DNA of 64,000 nucleotides from Ophelia neglecta (Eukaryota): NCBI GenBank assembly GCA_965285935.1, contig OZ260663.1, positions 61,876,001 to 61,940,000 of the forward strand, read 5' to 3'. Shown piece by piece: positions 40,401 to 64,000 of this stretch (position 1 is its first letter; each line of letters starts with the position of its first letter). The notes under the pieces were generated by a model. It saw only the letters and a program-made list of their open reading frames with translations, ran no database searches and was not told where the DNA came from. The position numbers and the translations under genes were made by a program.

Positions 40401-40558
40401 ATGATAGTTTTGAAAACATTGCCATGAGGAAAATGTATACAAACTATTCTCTCCAATTGTCTGAAAAGCAAAATAATCTAAATTCTGTTGGAAATGCTGA
40501 GACTTCCAGGCTACATCCTTCTTCAGGAGCAAACAATAATTATATGCTTGAATTATGA
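34404..40558 (+). CDS. NAGPA: N-acetylglucosamine-1-phosphodiester alpha-N-acetylglucosaminidase (uncovering enzyme), type I membrane protein, 639 aa
   Basis: Exons 34404-34516, 35064-35473, 35965-36058, 36458-36591, 36964-37072, 37393-37521, 38104-38309, 38787-38963, 39332-39454, 39838-39907, 40204-40558. All are GT-AG and phase-consistent (1920 nt). Signal peptide; family motifs VNAGFF, GNLVSDG, QNAHFGI, SARTAVGHD, NAINLDGGGS; EGF-like repeats; TM helix; acidic tail. Confidence 0.95.
36641..36793. mobile_element. MITE with GGG(C/T)TATTCCATT TIRs and 3-bp TCA TSD (PIF/Harbinger or Zator-like); related copy at ~35539-35744
   Basis: tca|GGGTTATTCCATT...AATGGAATAGCCC|tca in NAGPA intron 4. Confidence 0.65.
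37510..37893 (+). repeat. 46-bp minisatellite (~8 copies) derived from the NAGPA exon 6/intron 6 junction
   Basis: Unit GTCAGACTCCTG|GTAAACCCATTCTCATTGTATCAGCTGTCTGTGT; the first copy overlaps the real exon end. Confidence 0.95.
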
Positions 40559-43500
40559 CTGTCTTGCATGAAAAGCAATTTTAATATCTGAGCAGATACT
40601 TACACAGTGCCTTTATAGGTGGAAGTTTTCTACCAAGAAAATCTCTCATAAATGTTTTTCCCTCTTTGTATATAATTATGGGTTTATGAATTTAAATCAG
40701 CTGAAAATGTATACTGATATACTATATAATAAAATGACCTCTCCTATAGAATTTTGATTTGATAATTAACTTGAGGAGATATAAATTATGTCAATCCAAG
40801 CTTTTGTAGGACTTAATGAATATAACACAAATATAATGCAAATTAAATTATTTGCATTTTGAATTGTCACCAGAAACTAGAAACATTAATAACCATGAAA
40901 TTCATTCTAATTTCTGTAATGAATTGTCAATCCAATTTATTGCCGAAGGTTTATAGAACTTGACGTTTCATTCCTAAATTATGACCGTCGCATGAACCCA
41001 GTATATAGCTGATCCAAAAGTGGGGCATAACTAATTGACCATGAAACCTGCAAACAAATTCTTATTAGGTAAATTTATTTGTGTTGAAAGTGCATTCAAT
41101 AAAGCTTGTTGATCTTGTGATCAATACATGGCTAATACATTATGGGGCCAAAATATGTCCAGATTATTTGGATCAATATAAGTATGTTCTACTGAATCAC
41201 TTATTTATAAAGGTGTTTCTTTGTAATATATAAGTTTACATCAATAGATAAGCGGTGAAAGTTTGAGCAGATTTATCTATGTTGTTGGAAGGCTATTTAT
41301 TAAGGTTAAATAAAACATTATTCTGGGAACCTCACAGGAATTCTGTGTTACCATTAATATTGTTCCACATAAATGTATATTATCATAAAATTATGTACTT
41401 TTGGATTCTGAATGCCTAAGAAATGATTCAAAAAACAAAGATCATTCCAATGATAGGCAGCTTGATTACTATTTGTTGGTAAAAGGAAAAGTATTTATTC
41501 TGTTATACCCAAGTAATAAACATAACATTCTTGTTTGGAATCTTACAAAAAAAAAACCCTTATATAGTCTAAATATATAAGCATTCTGTAAATCACAATT
41601 TTTTCTGAAGTTAATTAAGAACATTCAAGGCCGCAGTAGTACAAGGTTTCCCTAAAATAACATAGACTTCCTGCCTTGCTGGAAAAGATTTTACTTCTCA
41701 AAGTCTGGATTGTTGAACATTTGTATTGGGCTGTCACAGAGGGTGAGGATTTATGAAATGTTCAAGGGGGCTTAGCTATTACCTAGAAAACAGAACGTGA
41801 AAGCAGCAGAACACATTTTGTTCAAGACTCCTCAAAATCACAGCACCTATGGCAGTAAATGCTGACCTCCCGATTTTCAAAACACAATGCTTATTCAAGG
41901 CCTTATCATGTACACATCACAAAAGGGGTAAAATAAGCTATCACACTGTTATATCCATAGTAAATTGGTTGTTTTTCCGCGTTAAATTTCTGCTAGCTGA
42001 CTGTTGATAAACATGGCATGACAGGTCAGGAGTATTGCTACCAGGTAAATGCTACCAGAACTCAGAAGACATGCAAGAAACGGCCATCAATTGGTTCATT
42101 CTTTCGAACTGGTATCCTTTCCCATGGTCTGCAACATATAGGCATACCATGTTTAGAACCAACAAGGATTAATCCAACCACATAGATTGTTAAATATTTA
42201 GTGCCCTTGATTACCTAAGAGGAAAAAGTCATTGTGGCATCACTTTTTTTTAAGTTTACACTGGTTTAGAACACAAACTGCATTTGACCAGTCTCAATTA
42301 GTTTTAACAAATTTAAATCAAATTTTACCATTTTTATCTTCAATAAGTCAAACCGTACCTTTGTATTGAAGCAACAGGTACATTTAAACAGACTAAAAAA
42401 AATGCGCTACAGTTTCTTAACCCCTCCCACTTTCTTCCGAGTACCTATACTGTGATTTTTGCAGTTAGGAATGGAATACCTTTGTCAGTCTGAAACTGGA
42501 GTAAATAATACACAAATAAGAAAAAGAAATTTGCATTGAATACCTATTTATTTTACATAGAAATTGTGCTTTACATACTAAAACACCATAAGTTCTTTGT
42601 CAATATATTAAGTTTAATTCACGTTCAAACATACATGTACATATACATCATCATATGTTTTTTTAGTAATCATTTAAATAATTGACATGTACACACATTA
42701 CTTTTGGACAATTAGTCCAGTACAATGTACATAATTCCAGTGTCTTTATTATTGCACAGTGTTGTGGTTCATTAATAAAGAATAATATATCATTTGAAAA
42801 GACATGCAAGAAACGGCCATCAATTGGTTCACATCCGAGACACAAACATTAATATTCGAGGTAAATGTCAGTACACAAACAGAGTAGGGCTAGTGGAGTG
42901 TTTAATATTCTGAAAATATATAGGCTCCAACACCTCTAAATATTCTACTTTTTCCAAAATAAATCTATGGAAAAGAAATAGAACTAAAATTTAATGAAGG
43001 CAGAAATGACAAAAACTATCATACCAATTCTAAACAAAGTATTTTACCCATCTTACAAATAAAAACTAACTCAACTTATGACAAGACAAACATACAGCTG
43101 TTTAAAATAATCACAGAGCTACATAAACAAATTATACAATTTACATGACTTGTATCTGCTGTTCTGATAAAAACTCAATAAAATAATACAAGTAAGCACC
43201 TTTCTAAATAATAAAATACATTTGAACATGACAGATATCAGAAAAAATACACAAAGATTCATGTACAAACCCGGTGTTAAGTTCCAAGCAGTAATTGCAA
43301 AATTCTACAAAAGAAATTCTGGCATCAGAATTTTCGCAGAGTTCAAATGAAACAGTTAAGCTTGAAATTTGAATAGTAACTAATAGTACAATATAAATGC
43401 ACAACCATTTGATTTGCCAAAAACTTCTTTACAATTTGTCTCAACATAAAAAATTACCCTGACAGAAACTTCTGCTTATTGTGTAGCATTTAATGGAAGT

Positions 43501-44244
43501 TCTTTGCTTAACATTTCCCTGCTCAAAAACCCTATTCGAGCCAAACAGCTTTTTTCAACGTTAAGAAGGATTTATCACATACGGAGTACTACTTCTGACT
43601 CCACCTAAATGCCACTATCATAACAATATATGAATGTTGACAAACCATCGCAGTAGTCCTTATTGATTGATGGCTTGCTCTATTCTGACTTTAAATCGAA
43701 TCATTTACATATAACATACAATTACACTGTGGCCAACAAAGCTGAATCAGACTTTCTATTCAGACTTTTTGGAAAAATGATACTTCAAATGTTAGAACTG
43801 AATTAGTTGTGAAGCAGTGGAGTTAATAAATACCTGCAGGAGGTGTTCTCATAATTATCATACATTATATCCACCTATGTTTTTAAAATCACACTGAATA
43901 ATTATGCCAATAGTATCAATGCTCAGACCTTAGCAGTGATTTTGTTTTTATTGAAGTATGAACCGACCCACCACACAACTGGTGAGCTTGCACATCTCTT
44001 TTTTTCAAGAGTGTTATAGATATCAGAATGAACAATAAATATTTCCTTGATACCAAAGATGCTCTAATAGCCAAATGGATATCCTGTTTCCAAGATAAAA
44101 CTTTCAAATTGCATACATCGATGGTAAATCTTCCTCGCCGACCATTGTGGAGGTTTCTCTAGTAAATTAACTGCTACCGGGAGGTATGTTGAGTAAGTTA
44201 GCAAGGCCTGCGTTGAAATTTCCAACAAGTTCCTAGAGTAGAGG

Positions 44245-55519
<11,275 letters not shown>

Positions 55520-56294
55520 CCACGTTTTGGTTCGCCTAGAAATTAAACATTCCATTCATTGGTATAGTTTGCTTTGATTCTGAACTCCTGATACCTGGAA
55601 AAGGCAATCACCCCTACAATGCACTGAATGCAGTCTGAACTTGGCAACCCTGTTTCCAAGAGTTGTCTTTTTCAACAAGTTGCCTTTCTTGGTGTTGTCA
55701 TGCACCTAATTTAGGTAGTGGTACAATGCCCAAGACCACCATTTTGGGAAACCAGATAGTGGTGCAAAGTCTGAGAAAACCATTTTTAGAATTTACTAAG
55801 AAAAGCAGTATTCCATCTGCAGGCCCTGATATCAGACCTCGGCCACTAGAAACGTTTCGGACTGTCCAACAATGCACTTGCTATAAGGACATTGACCAGT
55901 AGCTTACTAAATTCTCAAACACTGATTAGCAGATCTTGTATAGGAAGCCTGCTGTCATTCAGGTAGCATATATAGTATATAGTATAGTACTAGTTTATAA
56001 ATACAACCTTTCCAAATAAGTAGAACATGTAATATACGCATAAATAATAAAGTCATTAATAAGAGTTATCGCGATTGAATGTTTAATATTGTCGTGTTCG
56101 TGGCACGATAAGAAATACGCGGTTCAATGTATAAGGTATGGATTCATCTATTCATGACGTTTATAATATGTCAAATATTGGATCTGGGCAGTACAATAGA
56201 GCTAAACGGACCCATAAAGGGCACTGGTTTGGCCAAGCAAATCTTCGCAGTTAAACAGTACTTTTATCTAATGTACCATGAGTACGATACTTAC

Positions 56295-56400
56295 TCTGAT
56301 TAACGTCAAAGATGGCCCATTTTCTGTTAATTTGGAATGAAATTAAAAGGAAAAATCAACAAGGAATCTAGTGCACTTCCGGGCTAATCATCTTGCATCC
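56295..56400 (-). promoter_or_regulatory. Probable non-coding first exon and promoter of RNF111-like
   Basis: Strong minus-strand donor A|gtaagt at 56295/56294; ETS-type CCGGAAGT (ACTTCCGG, 56375-56382); YY1-like AAGATGGC at ~56309. The matching acceptor lies at 55536, 16 nt upstream of the ATG. Confidence 0.5.
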
Positions 56401-57410
56401 AGAACGAGGCTCAAATATCTATATGGCGAAATACGCGACCACATAACTGTTAAATTTTAATACTACTAGGATTTAAAATGTTAAACGATAGTTTCGAACC
56501 AAGGCCAATGCAAGGCAGAAATTCATTACCTTTCTCTAGCAAAAAACCTTGTTTAACTCTTTTTTTGATATATCACGAATAATTATAATTGATATATAAA
56601 AATGATGTTATTTTGAGCTATTTTGGTTGGGCAATGTTCATTATTAATAGGGACCATCCATTTTATAAGTCTGGGGAGGGGGGGGGGCGGTTAGGGAATT
56701 ATTCAAAATAACTCCCCCATGCCTTAGAGGAAAAATATCTGACCCCCAATGCACCACCACCAAGCGTTTTCCCCATATAAAACAGTCGGGGATGGGTGAA
56801 GAAAAGTTAATTGTTCAAGAATGTAGGTGCTGGCAGCGATGCAAGTGTGCACAGAGCTAGAAGCACCTATCACGCACCTGGGGGTGCTGTAAGCCCACCA
56901 AGATTTTTTGTATACTCCATTCTTTGGATGAAACTGCCCTCCTCCGACCACAGCTAATTTTAACATGCCCCCCCCCCCCCCCCCAAATACACACAAAACC
57001 ACACACACACTGGCAAGCAGTAACATGGCCCCCAGGAGGGGTGTGAGGCAGCAACTTGTTAAAATGTGGACCCTAAAGGATCTGCAGCCACGAGAAAATG
57101 TGGTCAAAAACAACCCTCTATACATCCTAAAATAAGGGGGCATAAAAGTTCCCTCGAAATACGGGGTCTAAAATTTTGGACCTAGGAAAACTGTGGAAGT
57201 CTGTTTTTTTCGCAATGAAACATGAGAAGAGTAGGTAAAAGGTAGGGAAAGACCTAGTTTTAAACAGTAGGTGAAAGAAAAGATAAATATTAAGAATGTT
57301 GACACTGTCAGCTGGTCAGAGGGTGGAGTCACAAAATGATGACACACTCCCATGTGGGGGGGGGGGTCATGAAAATTTAATCTTCCATTAAAATTAATAT
57401 AACATTTTTA

Positions 57411-58960
57411 CTACAAAACCCGTGAATAAAGACCACCCAAGGGACTGGAAAATGCTGGTCTGATTTCAGAGGTGGTCTATTTAGAAAGGTTATTATATCT
57501 GTGAAATGCGGATATCATGGAATCAGTAGCACAGCCGCCGCAGATTTTAGTCGTTAACGCGATAACTCAAAAACCATTTTGTGCATCTTTTTCAAATTTG
57601 ACACAGCCATAGGGCTTATTGAGAGGAGGAACTGATTAGATTCTGGTGAAATTCCAATAATTATTAATAAGTAAAAACAATTATTTTATTGTGTCAGAAA
57701 CGCATTTGCTGCAATTACACAAAAGATATTTAATACATCTTTTACAAATTTGACACAGCCATAGACCTTACTGAGAGGAAGAACTGGATTTATTCTGGGG
57801 AATTTCGGATAATTAATAAATAAATTAATTAATTTAATATGTCAAAATCTCATTTTTTCTATCACATATTCGAAAGTATAGATGATATTGGCTTGAAGTT
57901 TTGTGTCATGATTCATGTAACAACTATATACAATCTGTGTAAAAAGTTAACTAGTTAACTTTATTAATGACCTGAAAAAAGATTAGTTAAGGTCTTTTTG
58001 CATTATTATTGAGGTCATACGGAACCTACTAATAAGTTGACTAGTTAACTTTTTTAATGACCTGAAAAAAAATGGTAAAGGTTGTTTTGCATTATTATTG
58101 AGGTCATATGGAATCAACTTAATTAATGACCTGCATAATTATTGAGGTCATTTAGAACCTACTACAATCTGTGTAATAAGTTAACAAGTACTGTTTTATA
58201 AGTTGACTAGTTAACTTTATCAATGACCTGAAAAAAAAATATAGTTAGGGTCGTTTTGCATTATTATTGAGGTCATATGGAACCAACTTAATTAATGACC
58301 TGCATTATTATTGAGGTTATATAGAACCTACTACAATCTGTGTAATAAGTTAACAAGTACTGTGTAATAAGTTAACTAGTTAACTTTTTTAATGACCTGA
58401 AAAAAAAATTAGTTAAGGTCTTTTGCATTATTATTGAGATCAAATGGAACCTACTAGAACCTGTGTAACCATTTAACTAGTTAATTTTATTAATGACCTA
58501 AAAACAATTAGTTTAGGTCCTTATGCATTATTATAGAGGCCATATGGAACCTACTGCAACATGTGTGCTAAGCCACTGCCGCCGCCGCATAACTTTATTA
58601 ATGACCTGAAAAAAATTGGTTAAGTTTGTTTTGCATTATCATTGAGGTCATATGGAACCTGCTACAGTCTGTGTAATAAGTCAACTGTTTACTTTATTAA
58701 TGATCTAAACAAAAATTACTTAAGGGTGTTATCTTTCGTGCCAACTAAAAACTACCATATTCACTACTTTGCCTAATACCATGTTCACCAATCAACTATT
58801 GCATGCATTCGCGGATATACCCCTTGATGACCACCCCTGACTGCGTTTGCCTAGTTTAACACTGGAAGTATACAGAATAAGTGGTCTGAATTTACATATT
58901 AGTGGTCTGAATTTACAGGTGGTCTGATTATAGAGGTGGTCTTAAAGGCAGGTTTTACTG
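57411..58960. mobile_element. Tc1/mariner MITE interrupted by a ~1.35-kb Helentron-associated element with internal tandem repeats (insert ~57496-58855)
   Basis: Outer arms match the MITE at 12023 (AAAGACCACCCAAGGGACT...GGTGGTCTTAAAGGCAGGTTTTACTG). The insert has GCGGATAT near both ends, ends CTAGTT, sits in a TT site, and contains multiple TTAATGACCTGAAAAAA...TGCATTATTATTGAGGTCATATGGAACC units. Confidence 0.7.
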
Positions 58961-61623
58961 TATATACATAAATTTACCATTGGTGCAATCATTTGGTTTC
59001 ATTTTCGTCAATGTACCATATTTTTATTGAACATTGAAGTTTAAAAAAAGCTAGGCTGACATTTAATATCTTTTAACCATTGGAGGTTTTCAAGAAATGC
59101 GTAAGTCCAGTTTACTTAGCTAAATTTATTGTATTCATTTTTTAAAAACTTTTTTAAAGGGCTGGGACAAAGTTTGAGGCATAGTAGTACAAAAAAAACA
59201 TTGTGTGTAAATTAGCTAATTTGATCAGCCAAAACTTCAAGAATCCTGGTAAGGATGCCTTCAGCATGTTTAACTTCATATCAAATTATTTTTTGGGAGT
59301 TCTGCAAATAGATAGAAGACAGCAATTAATAAGAGGTATAAGGCAACATTATGATGTGCTGTTCTTGGCAAACTAAAGCAGAAAAGGTGAAATAAATACC
59401 CATATAATAATGACCACTCAGAAATTTTAATAATTCTCGTTTACCAAAGAATCTGTCCCCATGGAGACCACCTCCCACAGCATTAAATGCAATGGCAATG
59501 GTAGGGAGTGGCGTGAATGGTGAGAATGAGTTTTAATAGCAATGCCCTCATTTCCAGCACAAATTTAATTCTGTGTATTTCCAAATTTATGAACATTAAA
59601 CATTGTATCTTTATTTATGAAGCTGACCTCTGGATTAAATCTTACATGTATGAGGGAGACTGGAAGAATAAAGCATTTAATCTCTGTTGATTTGGCGGAA
59701 ACATCAACCTTTAGTGCCTGAAACCTTTGTGTCTCTAAAGTTTTCACATATGAGGTGGACCCACCGGATGATTAATATTCTCATTTTGGGGGGAGTCGGA
59801 TGGGGGGGGGGGGCATGGATAAGGTAAATAATATTAAAGTTTCTTTCAAAGGCAGCAAGAGGGAGAAGGGGTGTGATAAGTGCTCATCCATTGCAGCATA
59901 TATTTCATATTTCCAATGAGGCAGCTTTGTGTCCCATTCTGCCTGGGTGAAGTATGCTTTACCCCCACCCACCCCCACCCCCCACCCCTATCTTAGATAA
60001 ATGAACCTTTCCTAATTTAATGAAATCAGTTTGTTTTAAAACACAATCAATATACATATCTATCATTCAAATTCATAACTAACACAAATCAATATGTAAT
60101 ATTTATACTTGTTATTTCTAGTATACAAGCAGTGTAGTGCCTATTATACATTGTGTTTTCGGTGCTCTAAAATGTATAATAGTGTCTTTCTATTTATATT
60201 TGTCACAAATACTTTGGTTTTGGGGAAACCACAGGACAACTCAAAACGGTGAAATCTTTATATTCCACAAAGTGGAATTCTAAATATTACTTTTGATCTA
60301 TTAGATAAGCTTTTAAAATCATTTAATGATATTTTTATAAAGACATTTTGAACTCAAATACATGTAATTTTACTCAAAAACTGTTTAAAATCCAAGTATG
60401 AATTCACTGTACAAATATATCTAGAAATCATATTTGAACCCATAATTATGCTTTCAAATGACTCCATAGAAGCTCAAAAATATAGAAAGTTTTTTTTATA
60501 TAGGGCCTACTTTTCATAAAACTGAATAGGCCGCAACAAGTATCATAGCCAGATAAATGCAATTTCTTTGACACTATTGACAAATCCTTTGGATTAATTC
60601 ATTACTGTATTCTGCATCATGATTTAATAAGTTCCTAACTTTATGCTCTCTGATCCAAATATGGGCATATTACTGGTTATCAATTGCTTATAGCAAGGTA
60701 CTGAATCAAAATGGAAGAGGCTACTATTTAAGGTTACTGTATTGTCACCGCATCTAGACCTCTACTAACCACACTGGGTACTTATAATCAGTGAAAAAGG
60801 TAAAACTTGCCTGTATATGTGCAATGGGAGCAAAGCAGAATGATGGAGACATTAACCTTAAAACAGTCCTGCATGCAAATGTATGTCGTATAAAGAGGTA
60901 AAACCATTACAGATACATCCTTTACATACATTATACAAATGTTGTGGACAACAAAAGTATTCAATACAGAAAGACTGTAGCAGTCCAACTGCAGTTTCTT
61001 CTAACATCCTATTCTTGAAGTGGATTTAAATTATATCATATGAACTAAGATAGTTTTCTTCTATGTACTATTTTGAATACAGTATTAAACTCAAAAATCA
61101 AAGACAGGCAATTAGAAATGTCCACATATACAATACAATGTATATTATATCATAACAGCCACTTTAATTCAGCTCAGCTCATACAGAAATAGCAATTACA
61201 AAGTTCAGATATCAAGAAGGGAAGTGAAATGAACACACTTGAAGCAGCACCATCACGCAATCAGCTACACAAAATGTACAGGGCAGTTAACAGGTATCAA
61301 AGGAAGAGAATATGATATGACTGAAGATACAAGTACCAAATGACACTGGGAATCATTAAATGCTGCTATTTCTGTAAAATAATAAACATACTTTTATTCA
61401 TTTCTTTAAACAGCTCATTCACATATACATACTTATATAGGAACTTTTTTTGCAAATACAGTGTGAAGCCTTTTCTGTGTAGTAACAATAACAGTTGCGT
61501 ACATTTTTGACAATAAAATCTATGGAAAATATATCTCTACATTTAAACAATATTCACTTTCGAAGCTTATTCACTCAACAGCGATTCAGCCAAAATGGTA
61601 CCAATCGAGGTCACAAGGGGGCG

Positions 61624-64000
61624 TTAATAGTATCCCCGGTTACCTCCTTGGTAACCACCTCTGCGATTGTCACGCCTTTGGTTTCTGTACTGGTCATTGT
61701 GATATCCGCCTCGATTCCGGTCCACCCGGCGATCCCTGCTATCGTGTCGGTTGTCCTGGTAACCACGACTGTCATGGTGTCCCCGGTTGTCATAATGACC
61801 CCAGTTGTCACGGTAACCTCTGTTATCTCGGGGGCCACGGTTGTCTTGATACCCCCTGTTATCTCTGTAGCTGTATTTGAAAAACAAAACTCTTTGAAGT
61901 ATTCCAGCAGGCTTATTTTTTACACACTATTTAATTAATGGTAGTTACAGAATGCTATATGTAAAATAATCACCTTGAATTTGACCATGACCTACATTTT
62001 CAAAGCCAACATTAGAATGATTTTTTTATGGTTTATTTGTGCAAGTATTTGACAGGGCAAACAGTTTTTACCAGTTGGTTTACTAGAATGCCAGCATTCC
62101 ATTAAGGAGAAGAGTTGATTCCTTACCCCAGAGCAAGTAGGGGGAAAGTATGATATATTGATTATAACTATATAGTAAAGTGAGAAAATCATGACGGCCA
62201 TGTTATCAATCGTAAAGTGAGGTATTGATCAAGTAGTACAGACAATAACTATTGGGTCACATGGGCCTTAGTGATATTTCCTCGTTAACTTTAGCTATTT
62301 GGTCCTGTGAAGCATTGACAAACGTGATATTGTAATGATAACAGCAATCATGTTCTTATCAGACCCTTTTTATCACTCCTACATTCAACCTCACACAATA
62401 AACAATAAAGCCTGTTTCATACTAAAGATTATCCTTTTTAGCACACTAATATGGAGCAACCTAAGTATCATTGCCATATCTGTGTATGTACATCTATATT
62501 CAGTATCATGTACAGATGAGACTTGATAGAAGACTAGTTAGTATAGATCCCTTACCCTCTGTCTCGGTCCTCTCCTCCGTATCTGTCCGATGACGAGCCT
62601 TGACGATAGCGGTCGTCCCGATATCTGTCATACCTCTCAGTATTTCTGTCTGAGCTTGAACTATGTCTGTGGTCCCCCCGAGACTCGGGGGACTGTTGAG
62701 TACGGTATTCCTGAGAGGCCTGCAACATGGAAATGAAGGTACTCATATACACTCACCACCTATGTGGGTCACAGGGAATGGGAATAATACAGTGAAGCCT
62801 GAGTTAAAGACCACCTCTACAGTGAGACCGCCTGTCTTTTAAGACTATACTTTACTCTTTCAATGTAAAAAAATTTGTCTTAACAGACCAACTCCATAAT
62901 TATAGCAGTATTTTCAAGTCTCTTTGGTTATCTCAATTTACAGGTTTCACTGTATCATAACAATGAAGATTAATGATATGAGATGACCTTTATTAAAGAA
63001 ATTTCCCATTTATCTACACAGAATTATACAAGAATCATTGAGTTACTTTAAAATGTGTCTATCAAATATTCCTTTGGTATCTTAACCAGTGTCTTCTTAA
63101 CCAGTCTGAAGACATTAGTACAGGATGAGGCTTGTCCGAGCTCTTACCTGCCGACTTGTTGCCTGAGGGGATGGTTGAGTGCGGGAAGGAGGTGCAGGTC
63201 TAGACCCGCTGACCAGAGGGGCAGAAGACTCGCAGACCATTGGAGCAGGAGACCTGCTGACCACAGGGGCAGGAGACCTGCTGACCACAGGGGCAGGAGA
63301 GCTGCTGACTACGGGGGCAGAAGACCCATCTACCACAGGGGCAGACGGCCTGGAGGAGGGAACACCCTCTTGTCTCTTGGGATCACTCTCCTCCGGCGTG
63401 CTATGTTTTACATAAGGGTTGGAGTCTGTCACAATTCTGGCAGTCTCTTCAGGGACTCCACTTTCCATGGGCGATGATTTACTCTCATCAGGATTGATTT
63501 CACTTTCTTCAGGAGAAGCAGTCTGTGACCTATCTTTTAATTTTGGTTCAGCTTCATCTTGAGTATGATTCGGGTCAGTAGAGGGGTTTGTTTGTTCTTG
63601 GTGTTTGCGTTCTTCACCTGACTGTGTCTGGGAGCTATCAGCCTCTACTCGGTCATGGTCCTCCGATTGCAGTTGATTATCCTCAGCATGCCGACTGGAC
63701 ACTGAATTTACAGGGGCTCCAGATGACAACTCTCCCTCTGCCGCCTTGCCTCCGTCTGCCTCTGGCTTGGACTCACTGGCCTCTGCCTCTGGAGGTGAAT
63801 CTTCCCCCTCTTCCTCCGCAGGAAGAGGCTGTTCATCCATGAGGGGCGTCCCTGGATCTTCCTCGGTTAAAGCTTTGGTAGTATCATCCTCGGGAGTGCT
63901 GTCATTGGCCTCATCTTCCGGCTGACTACCACTACCCTCGACGTCTGGCTGGGACTCGGACTCCGGGGCTGCTTCAGCCTCCGTGGCTGCCTCTGTATCA
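61624..64000 (-). CDS. 3' part of an unidentified low-complexity protein (acidic, Pro/Ser repeats, C-terminal DNRGY/RG repeats), probably nuclear or RNA-associated; 5' end outside the window
   Basis: Exons >64000-63148, 62719-62556 and 61870-61624 with GT-AG and consistent phases (0, 2). The frame is open to the window edge and ends RRGGYQGGNRGYY*. Confidence 0.8.
62790..62952. mobile_element. Tc1/mariner-type MITE
   Basis: ta|CAGTGAAGCCTG...CAGGTTTCACTG|ta; same family as 12023. Confidence 0.75.

Noticed and set aside
61624-62719. Naming the last gene RAMAC/FAM103A1 or SLTM
   Set aside because: Similarity is only compositional; RAM is a small protein, and no RRM or SAP domain is visible in the window.
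61495-63477. Plus-strand ORFs (147, 140 and 78 aa)
   Set aside because: Antisense shadows of repetitive minus-strand coding exons.

Overview
Intron-rich, AT-rich animal genomic DNA. SINE, MITE and Helentron-like repeat types suggest a mollusc or other lophotrochozoan (inference). The right half holds three conventional spliced genes. These are NAGPA (+, 34404-40558, 11 exons, 639 aa), an Arkadia/RNF111-like SIM-containing RING-H2 E3 ligase (-, 45083-55519, 12 coding exons, 993 aa), and the 3' end of an unidentified acidic/RG-repeat protein gene (-, 61624 to beyond 64000). The left half (about 1-33 kb) is rich in transposons and contains the most interesting signal: a tandem array of three paralogous small prepropeptide genes on the + strand, with main exons at 13099, 24297 and 31484. 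Each encodes a conserved helical propeptide, a KR cleavage site and a 23-25 aa mature peptide with the C-X3-C-X9/10-C-X3-C helix-loop-helix framework, resembling conotoxin vil14a-type hairpin peptides. All three share a TG|A junction across the last intron; it forms the stop codon in paralogs 1 and 3, while paralog 2 stops at a TAG just upstream. Two minisatellites are amplified from functional gene boundaries: the NAGPA exon 6 splice donor and the RNF111 stop codon. All exon structures were read by hand and no database searches were run.
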